The notes: generated by a model not told the origin, from the letters alone. A stretch of DNA of 64,000 bases from Minisyncoccota bacterium (GCA_028697455.1 JAQVEZ010000002.1:25486-89485); one strand, 5' to 3'; counted from the first letter of the stretch, positions 48,093-58,493 are shown. Program-made: numbers and translations.

Positions 48093-49145
48093 TTATTTAC
48101 AATTATCAAGAAATTCAAAAACTTTTTGGTGAGTCAGTATCTCAGTAACATAATGATGTACATTTGCTTCCTGAATCCCTGGTTGGTTTTTATATTGGTT
48201 CATGAGGTACTCAACTTCTTTCTCAACAACCTCTTGTTCGGGGGTAATTTTTTCTTTCTTTGCAATCTCTCCTAAAGCAAGTTCTGTTTTAACTCGCTCT
48301 TCGGCTTGCTCTTTCCATTCTTTTCGGTAATCTTCTCGAGTTTTTTTGATAGATTCAAGATACTCATCAAAAGCCATTCCTGTCATCGTTATATTGTGCT
48401 CAAATTCATGCATCATTTTATCAAGCTCGTGATTAAGAAAAAGTTGCGGAATTTCAAATTCAGAATCTTTTACAAGTCTTTGCATAATTTCCATTCGCCT
48501 TTTTTCGATATTTTTTGCTTCTTTTTCTTTCTCGATATTTTCTTTAATTTTTGCCTTAAGATCTGAAAGATCTTTAAATTGCCCTAAGGTTTTAACCCAT
48601 TCTTCATCAAGAGGAGGGAGGTCTTCATCTTTGATATCACTCCATGATACAGGTTCTGAGCCTTGGTCTTGGATTTTTTGTTGAGCGCTCATTTTGCGGA
48701 GATTATAAATAGCCTCATCAACTTCACGATCTTCCACCTCAAAAGAATACTCTTTGTTGTTTTCTTCTTTTGCTATTTTTTTGTAATCTCCAAGCTTAAT
48801 CTCTGGAGCGAGTGCCGTTGTAATTTTAACCTCAGCATCGGTTCCTTCTGCTATTTTGGTAATGAGAATTTCTGGGTAGCCAATTGCTTCAACGCCAGAC
48901 TCTTTGATAATGTCTTGGAAACTATGACTAATCGCATGTTGGACCATTTCTTCGAAAATAGCCGCTTTGTTGAGATGTTTTTCTGCGATATCCTTTGGAA
49001 CATGTCCTTTACGGAAACCGGGAAGATCAATATTCTTTAAAAAATCGCTCTCAATGTGCTCTCGATGTGTTTCAATTTCTTTAAGAGACAAAACAACCTC
49101 AATTTCAGCACGAGCATTTTCTTTTTTTACTGTTTTTATTTTCAT
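48093..49145 (-). CDS. tig: Trigger factor (short form)
   Basis: N-terminal ribosome-binding signature GFRKGHVP; located directly upstream of clpP as in the conserved tig-clpP arrangement; 350 aa. Confidence 0.75.
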   Translation of the reverse strand: MKIKTVKKENARAEIEVVLSLKEIETHREHIESDFLKNIDLPGFRKGHVPKDIAEKHLNKAAIFEEMVQHAISHSFQDIIKESGVEAIGYPEILITKIAEGTDAEVKITTALAPEIKLGDYKKIAKEENNKEYSFEVEDREVDEAIYNLRKMSAQQKIQDQGSEPVSWSDIKDEDLPPLDEEWVKTLGQFKDLSDLKAKIKENIEKEKEAKNIEKRRMEIMQRLVKDSEFEIPQLFLNHELDKMMHEFEHNITMTGMAFDEYLESIKKTREDYRKEWKEQAEERVKTELALGEIAKKEKITPEQEVVEKEVEYLMNQYKNQPGIQEANVHHYVTEILTHQKVFEFLDNCK

Positions 49146-49229
49146 GCCTTTTACTATAACAAAAAGCTAAATTTTGACTACTTTTTCAAACAAAAAACAG
49201 CTTTTTGCTGCTTTTGATTGATGAATAAG

Positions 49230-49781
49230 CTAGTTTCCAAACTTTTCATTATAGAGAACAATGGATTTTTCGATTGCTTTTATCGCCTCATCTTTTCCTT
49301 TGATTGAATTGATAGTAACAATATCTCCTTTTCCCTTAAGTTCTTTATAGGTTTCAAAAAAATGAGTCCATTCCTTGAGGACATGGGGATTAAGATGCTC
49401 AAGCTCAGTTACTCCTTCCCATCGCTTGTCGTTTACGGGAACGGCGATAATTTTATAATCTGATTCGCCACTATCATTCATTTCCATAACGGCAACTGGT
49501 CGAACTTTCACCAAAACCCCAACTTCAAGGGGAAAGGTTGTTGGGACAATAACATCAAGAGCATCTCCGTCCTCCCACAAAGTTTGTGGGACAAAACCAT
49601 AATCAAAAGGATAAGGACTTGCACTATAATTAACTCGATCAAGGGCAATTAACCCTGTTTCCTTATCAATCTCGTATTTATTATAAGAACCCTTAGGAAT
49701 CTCAATAATACAGTTAAACTCATGAGGAATATTTTCTCCTCGTGATATGTCATGCCATAAATTCATAGTAAGTATTTTCAA
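49230..49781 (-). CDS. ppa: Inorganic pyrophosphatase (family I)
   Basis: IIEIPKGSYNKYEID, DGDALDVIV, YKIIAV are family-I PPase motifs; an alternative start is at ATG 49766. Confidence 0.85.
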   Translation of the reverse strand: MKILTMNLWHDISRGENIPHEFNCIIEIPKGSYNKYEIDKETGLIALDRVNYSASPYPFDYGFVPQTLWEDGDALDVIVPTTFPLEVGVLVKVRPVAVMEMNDSGESDYKIIAVPVNDKRWEGVTELEHLNPHVLKEWTHFFETYKELKGKGDIVTINSIKGKDEAIKAIEKSIVLYNEKFGN

Positions 49782-49884
49782 AAAAGGTAAATAATACTTC
49801 TTAGTATAGAAAAATAGAAACTTTTTTCAAGAGATGCTCTTTATTAATGACATATTTTAAGGGATCATGTTATACTTTAAGCGT

Positions 49885-52869
49885 ATGAAAAAATTTTTTA
49901 TCTTATTTATTTTTGTTTTTTCTTTGAGTTTATTCACCCCACAGAAAACCGAAGCCCTTTTTGATGTTGGGAGCTTAATACTCGTTGCAAAAGAATACGG
50001 AATGGATACCCTCACGACTATTATCAACTCACGTATTATGGATAAACTCGTGAGTGATACGGTTAACTGGGCAAATGGTGGTTTTGACGGAGAGCCTGGC
50101 TTCATCAACAACTGGGAAGATTATCTCAAGGGGACTGAACAAGATGTCTTTATTGGAGCTTTTAGTGTTGCCGAAAAAGCCACAAGCTCTTATATACAAA
50201 ACTTCTGTAACCTTGATTGTTCCGGAAACAGCCCTGAAAATATCCAAGCTGATTATGAAGAATGTCTTGCTGGTGGTGCCCCCGTTGAAACCTGTGATGC
50301 GTATGCTAACGCAGCAAGTGCTGATTACCAGCAATGCATGGCAAATCTCGAGCAAGGAGCGGGTACTTGTCAAATGCTTGATATCGGTGCGCAGGCGCAA
50401 AGTAATTATAACGCATGGAATTCGGGAGAACTTGATTCCTATCGGCTTGCTGCAGAGAGTATTGCCCTCATCGGAGGGCAGCGATTCAACTCCGACCCAC
50501 TCAAAGCGCTTATTGAAGGACAGGGTGAAACCCTTACTAAACTCCTTGGTTCAAAATCTGAAGTAGAGAATTTTAAAAATGACTTCTCTGTTGGGGGAAT
50601 ACGGGGGTGGATTGCTCTAGCTGACCCACACAACTTTCCACTCGGACAATCAACACTTATTGAATCTGCCCTAAGTCAAAAAACAGGAGAGAAGGTTCAA
50701 AATGTTGTAGAAGATTTGCAAACACCAAATAAATTCCTCGACAGAAAATGGTGTCTCGAACGAGATGATGACAACAACTGTACAAAAGAATTTACGGGGA
50801 CTCCAGGAGCTCTTATTGAATCAAAAATAAAATCAACAGCTGATTCTGACAGCGATCGTCTTAATGTTGCCCGAGAACTTTCCGACGTTCTGGCTCGAGC
50901 GCTTGGAAAACTCACCGATGGCTTACTCCAAGCAGGCTTCAATAAGCTTACTCAATCGGGAAGTTCTGGTGCGAGTGCACAACCCTTCCAACCAGCTCAA
51001 TTTTTTACAACAGGATATCAAAATGAATTCGATATTCTTGGTTTAGGAGATCTTTCTCCTTCTGGAAGCCTTCTTGGGGGAGGAACCGGTGGGGGGAATA
51101 CTCAAACACCGATCTTTGATCCCGAGACGGGAACCTTTACACCTCTTCGTGGAGGTGATGGATCTCTTCCTTATATTGGAGGACCCGAAGATGCAGTAAA
51201 TACAAGCTGGAACGAAGGTCCTGAGATTATTATTGATCTTCAGAGTGTTCTCGAAAACTCAATTAATCTTATCCAAGAAGAGCTCACGCTCCTCACAGAG
51301 ACTGAAAAAATCCTCAGAGATGGAAAAGATAATGTGATGAAACTTGATCGTTGTATCCCTGGTCCAAAATTTGGGTGGGAAGACAGGCTTCGAGATAATC
51401 TAAATCTTACTGGAGATAGTAACGACGAAGAATCTGCTTATGACCGACTTGGGCTCCAAGAAACTCGTCGTATGGCAAATGACAATATGGTGAATATCCC
51501 TGGGGCAAGTCAAATGAGAGGAACCGTAAATGCTCTCCTCTCTCAAAATGGGGAAAATCAATTTGAAGAAGTTTCGAATGAACGAAACCGAAAACAAACC
51601 TATCTTGCAATTCTTAAAAACATGAAATCTTCAATCCAACAAGATTTTAATAACTATAAAGGAGCTATTGATTCACATCTTGTTATCTTTGAAGAGGACT
51701 GGAATAAACTCTCTGATACCGAGAAAATCGCGCTCTTCTCTATCCCCGAACGAGATGAGAATGGTGATATCATTTATGTTCCCGTTGAGGTAGGGAGCTC
51801 GGGAACTATTGTCGTTAATGAAAACCAAGAACGTCCTCTCTATATTATGGAGAAATACTATCTCTTTAAACCAGGAGAAACTCCAGCATCTGTTTTTGCA
51901 AATAATCCTGATGCCGTCAAAAAAGCCGTCTTGAGTTATTCATGGGATCTCTGGCAAAGAAAGAAGGGGGAAGAGCCAGCAAGTGGAACAACCCCAAATG
52001 GAGTAACCCAAAAATCAAACCTTCGCTATCAATATTATGCCATGTCAAAATATCTCACCACAGAGTCTGATATCCTTGATGCAGAAATGAAAAAAGATGA
52101 AGTGACTCAGAGCAATAAAACCATTATTGATCTTCTTCATGACTGTATGCAGCTAAAATTATATGCACTTGGATATTCTGATGGGAATGGTGAAAATACA
52201 GAAATGTGGAAACGCCTAGACCAGACCTTGTCCCAGGAACCTTCACGATCTCTTGGAATGCTTATTGGAGGAATGAGTGTTGAGAGGGCTGATCATGGAA
52301 GTACTGCTTACCAACTCAATGTGGACAATGCTCGTACCGATCAGCAAATAAAAAATTATCTGCTCCAAGAAAAAGCCAAACAAGAAAACAACCAACCAAG
52401 TAATTTTAAGACTTCAATAATTACTAATGGTGTTGAAGAAAGTATTCTTGGTTTTGAAGAAACAACTATTAGCTGGGAGGAAGTAGCTCATTACGGACCA
52501 CCAGGGCACAACCCCTACGGATCTCCTGATGGTGACGGAAATATAACCTTGAGTCCGAGCCAAACAAGAAAAAAATACTTTGATGATTTTTATGAAAAAG
52601 ATGAAGATCTCTGGCAACCCTATTATAAATATTCAAATGGTATTGCAGAGATAGACCCAGAAAGAGCTGTTGCAAGACTCTATCAGTTCGATTATATGAC
52701 AATGGGATGGCCACGAGGGGGAAATGGGAAAGGAACACTCTATTGTAGAGTAGTGACCTCATTCGATGCACGGGGATGGCATGGAGCTCAAAATCTCCCA
52801 AAATGCTACAAAGATTGGTACAGTACGTCAAATATTACCTATGACCTTGCGTTGATGAATATTCGATAA
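49885..52869 (+). CDS. Large secreted Cys-containing protein, hypothetical; first gene of the surface/T4SS-like gene block
   Basis: Signal peptide MKKFFILFIFVFSLSLFTPQKTEA; start at ATG 49885 with a TATACT box 8 nt upstream; about 995 aa; followed by terminator AAGCCttcgGGCTTTTTT. Confidence 0.55.
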   Translation: MKKFFILFIFVFSLSLFTPQKTEALFDVGSLILVAKEYGMDTLTTIINSRIMDKLVSDTVNWANGGFDGEPGFINNWEDYLKGTEQDVFIGAFSVAEKATSSYIQNFCNLDCSGNSPENIQADYEECLAGGAPVETCDAYANAASADYQQCMANLEQGAGTCQMLDIGAQAQSNYNAWNSGELDSYRLAAESIALIGGQRFNSDPLKALIEGQGETLTKLLGSKSEVENFKNDFSVGGIRGWIALADPHNFPLGQSTLIESALSQKTGEKVQNVVEDLQTPNKFLDRKWCLERDDDNNCTKEFTGTPGALIESKIKSTADSDSDRLNVARELSDVLARALGKLTDGLLQAGFNKLTQSGSSGASAQPFQPAQFFTTGYQNEFDILGLGDLSPSGSLLGGGTGGGNTQTPIFDPETGTFTPLRGGDGSLPYIGGPEDAVNTSWNEGPEIIIDLQSVLENSINLIQEELTLLTETEKILRDGKDNVMKLDRCIPGPKFGWEDRLRDNLNLTGDSNDEESAYDRLGLQETRRMANDNMVNIPGASQMRGTVNALLSQNGENQFEEVSNERNRKQTYLAILKNMKSSIQQDFNNYKGAIDSHLVIFEEDWNKLSDTEKIALFSIPERDENGDIIYVPVEVGSSGTIVVNENQERPLYIMEKYYLFKPGETPASVFANNPDAVKKAVLSYSWDLWQRKKGEEPASGTTPNGVTQKSNLRYQYYAMSKYLTTESDILDAEMKKDEVTQSNKTIIDLLHDCMQLKLYALGYSDGNGENTEMWKRLDQTLSQEPSRSLGMLIGGMSVERADHGSTAYQLNVDNARTDQQIKNYLLQEKAKQENNQPSNFKTSIITNGVEESILGFEETTISWEEVAHYGPPGHNPYGSPDGDGNITLSPSQTRKKYFDDFYEKDEDLWQPYYKYSNGIAEIDPERAVARLYQFDYMTMGWPRGGNGKGTLYCRVVTSFDARGWHGAQNLPKCYKDWYSTSNITYDLALMNIR

Positions 52870-52930
52870 AAGCCTTCGGGCTTTTTTCTTTTACAGAAAA
52901 GAAAAATACGATATGATTAAAGGTAGTTAT

Positions 52931-55357
52931 ATGAAATCTTTTTTAAGAAAATTCTTTCTTGGGCTTATTGTTGCACAGGCTCTTTTTCTTACTCCTTTTT
53001 CTGTTGAATTAAAAGTAAATATTCCAAAAACAGAAAATTCTCTTTTTGCTGTTCAGGAAGAAAAAAGCTCACAATCTCTTGTTGAAATATCTCCCGTATT
53101 ACATACAGCAAATGCACTTTACGGTGGTGGCTGTGATGGGGGCAGCCCCACAACATGGGGGGAATGTATTCTTTCGGGGATACTTACTTTCTATCATTAT
53201 CTGTTCTTTACAACTACTCAGATTCTCGCTGCTATTGCCGCCTATTTTATGGACGTAATTATCAAATTCTCAATCAGCAGTAGTTTTTATCGAGGAATTG
53301 GAATTATCGAAGTTGGTTGGGAGATCTTACGAGACCTTTCAAATATCATCTTTCTCTTTGCCCTTCTCTATATTGCCTTTCGTTTTGCGATTAATGGGAT
53401 AAAAGATGGTCAAGCAAAAAAGAGTCTCATCAATGTTATTGTTGCAGCCCTCGTTGTCAACTTTAGTCTTTTTATTTGTTATTTCCTCATTGACGCATCG
53501 AATCTCTTTGCGCATGTATTTTATAACAGAATAACAACCGAAGCCTCTATATACCCAACTAATAATGGAGCGGGGCAAGAAGGATTAGCGACGGTTCTTA
53601 ATGATATTAAATCCCCAGCGACAGCCTTTCTTGCAGCTATCAACCCGCAACGACTTCTCTTAACAGATGCTGATATCGCAACTAACGGAGGGATGATCAA
53701 AATCCTTTCTATGATCATGGGGATGGCAATTGTTAATGGTATTGCGATTTGGGTATTTTTGTCGGTTGCACTTCTTTTCTTAACGAGAATTTTGGGGCTT
53801 ATTATTCTCTCGTTTTTATCTCCTCTCGCTTTTTCGAGTCTCGCCATCCCAGAGATGAAGAAACAAAAATACGTTGGATTTGATGATTGGTTAAATAATT
53901 TTCTGAGAATGTCTTTTGCTGCGCCAATTTTTACCTTCTTTTTATGGGTAGCAACAAAATTTGCAAGTAATGAAGGGGTGATAGGAACAATCCAAAGAAA
54001 CTCCGGCGGGGATTGGATTTTGGATATGCTCAATGTCTTTCTGGTAATGGCGCTCATTGCAGGAATACTCGTTATGAGCAAGAAAATAACACAAGACCTT
54101 GCAGGAAACTTCTCAAAACAAATCACCGGAATGATCGGAAAAGCTGTTGCAGGAACAGCAGCTGTCGGGGCGCTTGCTGTTGCAGCTCCTGTGGCAGGGG
54201 TAGGAATGCTGGCACGTGCAGGAGCTGGAGTAACCTCTGCAACGGGGGGCCTTGCAAGGGGTGCACGAGCTCTCAACATGACTGGAGCTGCTGATAGATT
54301 ACAAAAAGCACAGGAGAAATTAAAGAGCAATAGATTTGGAACAACGGCAGCAAATGCTGGGAGGGCTCTTATGTCGACAAAACTCAATGTCACCAAAATT
54401 CCTGGCTTCAGCCAGCTTGCGGGAAAAGAGCTCACCAGCATCGTCGGTAAAGTACCTGGGGTTGGGGTTTCTGCGCGGGAGCTTGAACGAAAGGCTGTTC
54501 TTTATGGAATGAGAAATGTTCCTCTCTATAGAGACAAGGAAGGCAAGTGGAAACGTAACTTCCTTACAGGAAGACAACATCAAGAAGCTGAGCTCGCTTA
54601 CGATAAAGAAAAAGAGAAGATCCGAGGAGAACGTGGAAAATGGCAAGAAGATCTCAAAAAAGAACGAGATAAATTTGAACAAGAAAAGGTTGTCAATGCA
54701 ATGCGCGATAAGGTTAGACGAGATACAAAACTCGATCCAGAGCGAAAAGCAGAACGAGATGCTCACAATGCTGTTCTTGAAAACTCAGACCTTGTCAAAA
54801 AAGAAACCGAAGCGATGGATGCTCTCAAGGGAGAATTGGCAAACCTTACTGCTCAACTTAATGCAGCCAAAGGTTCTGGAAATGATAATCTAGCAGATAC
54901 TATTCAAATGGAGATCGATGGGGTGAAAGTTAGAAGAGCTGCTCGAGAAAAAGGAATTGAGCTTTCTGGTGGAAATGCAGAAAACATGATTACTGATAAG
55001 GTTAATGGGGGTATGAGTCGAAAAGAAGCCGTTAAGGCAATTATAGAAGAGAACAAGGATGGTTTCGGAACAACTACTACTTATCATGCTAACGGTGGAG
55101 TTGATGTGACAGCGGAGACACTCCAGGGAAGACATCAACACGAGAAAAACCTTCTTAATGAAGAAGAAAGAAATCTTATTAGGGCAGAAATTACAAATCT
55201 CAGAACTCAGGCTACCGCAGCAAGGACCGCCGGAAGAGATGATGAGGCAGATACGCTCAACAAAAAGGCTTCTCATCTTTCACAAAAAATGGAAAGTATG
55301 CTTACCGATTCTTCAAAGATTGATGAAGCAGCAAATAAAGCATCGAACAAAAAATAA
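52931..55357 (+). CDS. VirB6/TrbL/ConG-like polytopic membrane protein with a long Ala/Gly-rich coiled-coil C-terminal domain
   Basis: Signal/TM1 then about 7 further TM helices in the first 380 aa (for example ILAAIAAYFMDVII, LINVIVAALVVNFSLFICYFLI, MIKILSMIMGMAIVNGIAIWVFLSVALLFL), followed by a roughly 430-aa hydrophilic coiled-coil region. The size (about 810 aa) and topology match Gram-positive VirB6 homologues such as ConG and TcpH. Confidence 0.5.
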   Translation: MKSFLRKFFLGLIVAQALFLTPFSVELKVNIPKTENSLFAVQEEKSSQSLVEISPVLHTANALYGGGCDGGSPTTWGECILSGILTFYHYLFFTTTQILAAIAAYFMDVIIKFSISSSFYRGIGIIEVGWEILRDLSNIIFLFALLYIAFRFAINGIKDGQAKKSLINVIVAALVVNFSLFICYFLIDASNLFAHVFYNRITTEASIYPTNNGAGQEGLATVLNDIKSPATAFLAAINPQRLLLTDADIATNGGMIKILSMIMGMAIVNGIAIWVFLSVALLFLTRILGLIILSFLSPLAFSSLAIPEMKKQKYVGFDDWLNNFLRMSFAAPIFTFFLWVATKFASNEGVIGTIQRNSGGDWILDMLNVFLVMALIAGILVMSKKITQDLAGNFSKQITGMIGKAVAGTAAVGALAVAAPVAGVGMLARAGAGVTSATGGLARGARALNMTGAADRLQKAQEKLKSNRFGTTAANAGRALMSTKLNVTKIPGFSQLAGKELTSIVGKVPGVGVSARELERKAVLYGMRNVPLYRDKEGKWKRNFLTGRQHQEAELAYDKEKEKIRGERGKWQEDLKKERDKFEQEKVVNAMRDKVRRDTKLDPERKAERDAHNAVLENSDLVKKETEAMDALKGELANLTAQLNAAKGSGNDNLADTIQMEIDGVKVRRAAREKGIELSGGNAENMITDKVNGGMSRKEAVKAIIEENKDGFGTTTTYHANGGVDVTAETLQGRHQHEKNLLNEEERNLIRAEITNLRTQATAARTAGRDDEADTLNKKASHLSQKMESMLTDSSKIDEAANKASNKK

Positions 55358-55408
55358 AAAACCTTCGCGGTTTTTTATTTTTAAAAAATTGCTATACTAA
55401 AACAAGTT

Positions 55409-56260
55409 ATGGAATACGACCGATCAGAAATCGAAAAAATCATTTCCGAACTTCCCAATCATATCCGACAGGCCGTTGATGCTATTGACTGGGGAGAGAT
55501 CACCAAAGAAATGCAAGAAAAGTTCAAACTCCATCTTGATGATATTGCTGCCTTTCGTGAACAATCAATGCTTGTCATTGTGGGAAAGCTTTCTTCAGAC
55601 AGATATGCAGATGCCCTTATCTATGAAATTGGTCTAAGCAAAGAGTTCGCTCATGAACTTGTTGATTTTGCAGACAAAAGAATCTTTCAGAAATTACAAA
55701 ACAATGCCTTCGGGAGAAACCAAGAACCAGAAGAAAAAATCCCTGCGTATACCTCACAATCAACAAACGATCCTTATTCAATTATTGATATCAATGATCA
55801 AAATGAGGGGAAAAATATGCCGAGCTTTTCTCCTTCTTTTAATGCAAACCTCAAAAAAGACTTAGCTGATCAGCTTTCTTCATGGCAAGTGCAAAGTGGA
55901 AAAGAAGATATTCTTAGCTCTAATAGCGGTACCGCAGGCTCATTCAAACTTGCTCCAAGGGAAAAACCTGCTGACCCAAATGCCTATCGAGAACCTATCG
56001 AAGAATCTGACCTTCGTGGAATTCCTTCTATGGACTCCCTTGAACGGTCTTCTCTCGGTCAGGCATTACAACAGCCTGAGCAGATTTTTTCATCCCCTCT
56101 TGAAGCCCAGGAAAAACGTGAAGATGTTCCAAACCTTGAAGAAGATTTACTTTCTCAAGCCTTCATTCCTAAAAATGATATCTTAAACCTTGATGATGAA
56201 AACGATATCCTTTCAGAAGAAAATGAGGGAAGTCACCTTAAAAACCTAAAGAATATATAA
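55409..56260 (+). CDS. Acidic hypothetical protein
   Basis: 283 aa, strongly acidic C-terminal half; TATACT box immediately upstream. Confidence 0.4.
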   Translation: MEYDRSEIEKIISELPNHIRQAVDAIDWGEITKEMQEKFKLHLDDIAAFREQSMLVIVGKLSSDRYADALIYEIGLSKEFAHELVDFADKRIFQKLQNNAFGRNQEPEEKIPAYTSQSTNDPYSIIDINDQNEGKNMPSFSPSFNANLKKDLADQLSSWQVQSGKEDILSSNSGTAGSFKLAPREKPADPNAYREPIEESDLRGIPSMDSLERSSLGQALQQPEQIFSSPLEAQEKREDVPNLEEDLLSQAFIPKNDILNLDDENDILSEENEGSHLKNLKNI

Positions 56261-56268
56261 TTACCCTT

Positions 56269-56691
56269 ATGAGATTCGAAGTTCCACAATTTATTAATGT
56301 TCAAGATAAACTTTTTGGACCTTTTACCTTCCAAGAAGCTCTTTATCTTGTCGGTGGAGGAGGACTTGTCTTTGTTCTTTATAAACTCCTTCCTTTTTCT
56401 TTTGCGATATTTTTTGGTGTTCCTGTTATTGCTTTTACGCTAGCGCTCATCTTTTATAAACCAAATGGGAGACCGTTTATCAATCTTGTTGAGGCTTTTA
56501 TTCTCTATTCTTTTAGTAAAAAATTCTACCTTTGGAGACAAAAAGAAAAAGGAGAAGGTCAGATACAGGAAATCACTCAAGTACATGCTCCCGTCCTCCG
56601 TGAGGGAGAAATTCCTGAAGAAGAGGTTCACCAAAAGATATCAAACCTTGCTTGGAGTCTCGATGTGCTTGATTTTGATGAAAATAAATAG
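56269..56691 (+). CDS. PrgI/VirB3-like small two-TM membrane protein
   Basis: 140 aa; N-terminal MRFEVPQFINVQDKLFGPFTFQEALYLVGGGGLVFVLYKLLP and a second TM segment IFFGVPVIAFTLALIFY. The architecture matches the PrgI family found directly upstream of VirB4 in Gram-positive T4SS. Confidence 0.45.
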   Translation: MRFEVPQFINVQDKLFGPFTFQEALYLVGGGGLVFVLYKLLPFSFAIFFGVPVIAFTLALIFYKPNGRPFINLVEAFILYSFSKKFYLWRQKEKGEGQIQEITQVHAPVLREGEIPEEEVHQKISNLAWSLDVLDFDENK

Positions 56692-56727
56692 ATATTCCTC
56701 AAAAGATAGGATATACTTTATATAATT

Positions 56728-57390
56728 ATGGCGGACACAAAAACTTACACGGGAAATAGAACTCAGGATTTTGTTCCTATCAAAGAAATACGTGATGGTA
56801 TTGTTGTTCTTGAGGACGGAACCCTTCGTGCAATTCTTATGGCTTCGGCGGTTAATATTGCACTCAAGTCAATCGAAGAGCAGCAAGCAACGATTATGCA
56901 GTTTCAAGGATTTCTTAATTCTATCGAATTCCCGGTGCAGATATCAGTACAGTCTAGACGACAAGATATCAAACCCTATCTCATGACGCTCGAAAGACGT
57001 GTACAACAACAAGAAGAAGAGCTTTTGCGCTTACAAACAAAAGAATATATTGAATTCATACGATGGTTTACTGACTCTGTTAATATTATGTCAAAGAAAT
57101 TTTATGTTGTTATTCCTTATTCTGGAGGGCTTCTCAATGCTCAAACAACACAAAAAAAAGGTTTCTTCTCAACACTCTTTGGTGGGCAGAACAAAAAACA
57201 ACAAGAACTTGGTTCTTCTGCCTTTGAAGAGCAGCGAAGTCAGCTTGAACAAAGAGTTGCTATTGTAAAATCAGGTCTTTCTCGTTTTGGGGTACGTTCT
57301 GAACAGCTCAATACTGAACAGGCAATTGAGGTATATTATAATATTTTTAACCCTGGAGATTCTCACAGGAATATTCCCCAGCTTATCTAA
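56728..57390 (+). CDS. VirB4/TraE-family N-terminal-domain-only protein (no ATPase domain)
   Basis: DFVPIKEIRDGIVVLEDGTLRAIL...SAVNIALKSIEEQQATIMQFQGFL...PVQISVQSRRQDIKPYLMTLERRV...FYVVIPYS resembles, from recalled patterns, the conserved N-terminal module of Gram-positive VirB4 proteins (PrgJ/TcpF/ConE-type). The ORF stops after 220 aa with no Walker motifs. Confidence 0.4.
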   Translation: MADTKTYTGNRTQDFVPIKEIRDGIVVLEDGTLRAILMASAVNIALKSIEEQQATIMQFQGFLNSIEFPVQISVQSRRQDIKPYLMTLERRVQQQEEELLRLQTKEYIEFIRWFTDSVNIMSKKFYVVIPYSGGLLNAQTTQKKGFFSTLFGGQNKKQQELGSSAFEEQRSQLEQRVAIVKSGLSRFGVRSEQLNTEQAIEVYYNIFNPGDSHRNIPQLI

Positions 57391-57449
57391 ACTCGTCTTT
57401 GAGTTTTTTTGATTATGAGCAATTCCAAAAATACCTTATAATAACAAAG

Positions 57450-58493
57450 ATGATAGAACGAAAAAAAATTACATATTTTTTTCTCTTTTTTGTTCTTGTG
57501 GGAGGTTTTTTTGTTCTCTCGGAAAAAGTATCTGCACAAACTGAGGCACAGATCCAACAACTTCAAAACTTCCAACTCTATTCCGCTGATGATATTTTCA
57601 TTGATATTGTTCCAGAAGTTCCTGGTCCCAACCAAGAAGTAACTCTCCGAGCAAATAGCTATAGTTTTAACCTTAATAATTATTACATTAGTTGGTTCAA
57701 AGATGGGGTTCGCCAAAATGCAGGGTTTGGACAACGAGAGTATAAATTTACAACAGGAGAAATCGGAAAGGTCACTACAGTGGTGGCAGCTGTTGAGTTT
57801 GAGGGACAGGTTTTTCGAAAAGAAATGCGTTTTGCCCCTTCAGAGGTAAATCTTTTGTGGGAGGTTATCAACGGGTACGCCCCTCCTTTTTATAAAGGAA
57901 AGGTTCTCCCTCTCCCACAATCTGAGGTACGCGTCACTGCTATTCCACAAACCTTTCTTATCAAACCTTCAGATGCACGAAACCTTATTTATTATTGGGA
58001 TCAAAATTATGAAAGAAAAGTTGCTTCATCCGGTTTTGGGAAACAATCATTTCAATTTACGGCTGGGGTTCTTTCTCAAATGGAAAAAATTTCAGTAACC
58101 GCCAATGACAGGAGAGAGGCTTCTTTTGCAAAAGAAACCCTTGATATCCCCGTAAGTTCCTTTACTCCAAAAATTCTTTTCTATGAAATTGATGAAAACG
58201 GGCGAATCCTTACCAATAAAGCTCTCAATACCAACACACAAATCTCAGGAGATACCCTCAAGCTAGCCTTTCATCCTCTTTTTATGTCAACACCAAAGAA
58301 AAACTTTACTGATCTTTTTGTTGACTGGTCTATTAATGATATCCATCAAGCTCCTCAAAATTTCAACAAACAAAACGAGCTCTATATTAGCTCTGGTGGA
58401 GAATCTGGTGCCGTCCAGATAGGAATAAATCTCGAAGGAATTAGTAAGCTCCTTCAGAAAGGTTCTCAAAAAATTGAATTACACTTTCAATAA
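57450..58493 (+). CDS. Secreted hypothetical protein
   Basis: Signal peptide MIERKKITYFFLFFVLVGGFFVLSEKVSA; about 347 aa; terminator AAAACCAAAtactTTTGGTTTTTT follows. Confidence 0.45.
   Translation: MIERKKITYFFLFFVLVGGFFVLSEKVSAQTEAQIQQLQNFQLYSADDIFIDIVPEVPGPNQEVTLRANSYSFNLNNYYISWFKDGVRQNAGFGQREYKFTTGEIGKVTTVVAAVEFEGQVFRKEMRFAPSEVNLLWEVINGYAPPFYKGKVLPLPQSEVRVTAIPQTFLIKPSDARNLIYYWDQNYERKVASSGFGKQSFQFTAGVLSQMEKISVTANDRREASFAKETLDIPVSSFTPKILFYEIDENGRILTNKALNTNTQISGDTLKLAFHPLFMSTPKKNFTDLFVDWSINDIHQAPQNFNKQNELYISSGGESGAVQIGINLEGISKLLQKGSQKIELHFQ

Noticed and set aside
53521-54441. 306-aa minus-strand ORF inside the VirB6-like gene
   Set aside because: Antisense to a gene with clear TM-helix periodicity. 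Its Ala/Pro/Ser-rich translation mirrors the Ala/Gly-rich coding strand.
56728-57390. Possibility that the VirB4-like ORF continues through a programmed frameshift or stop readthrough into an ATPase domain
   Set aside because: The downstream frames encode a signal-peptide protein unrelated to ATPases, and no Walker A (GxxGxGKS/T) occurs in any frame for the next 1 kb. A truncated or stand-alone N-domain is the simplest reading.
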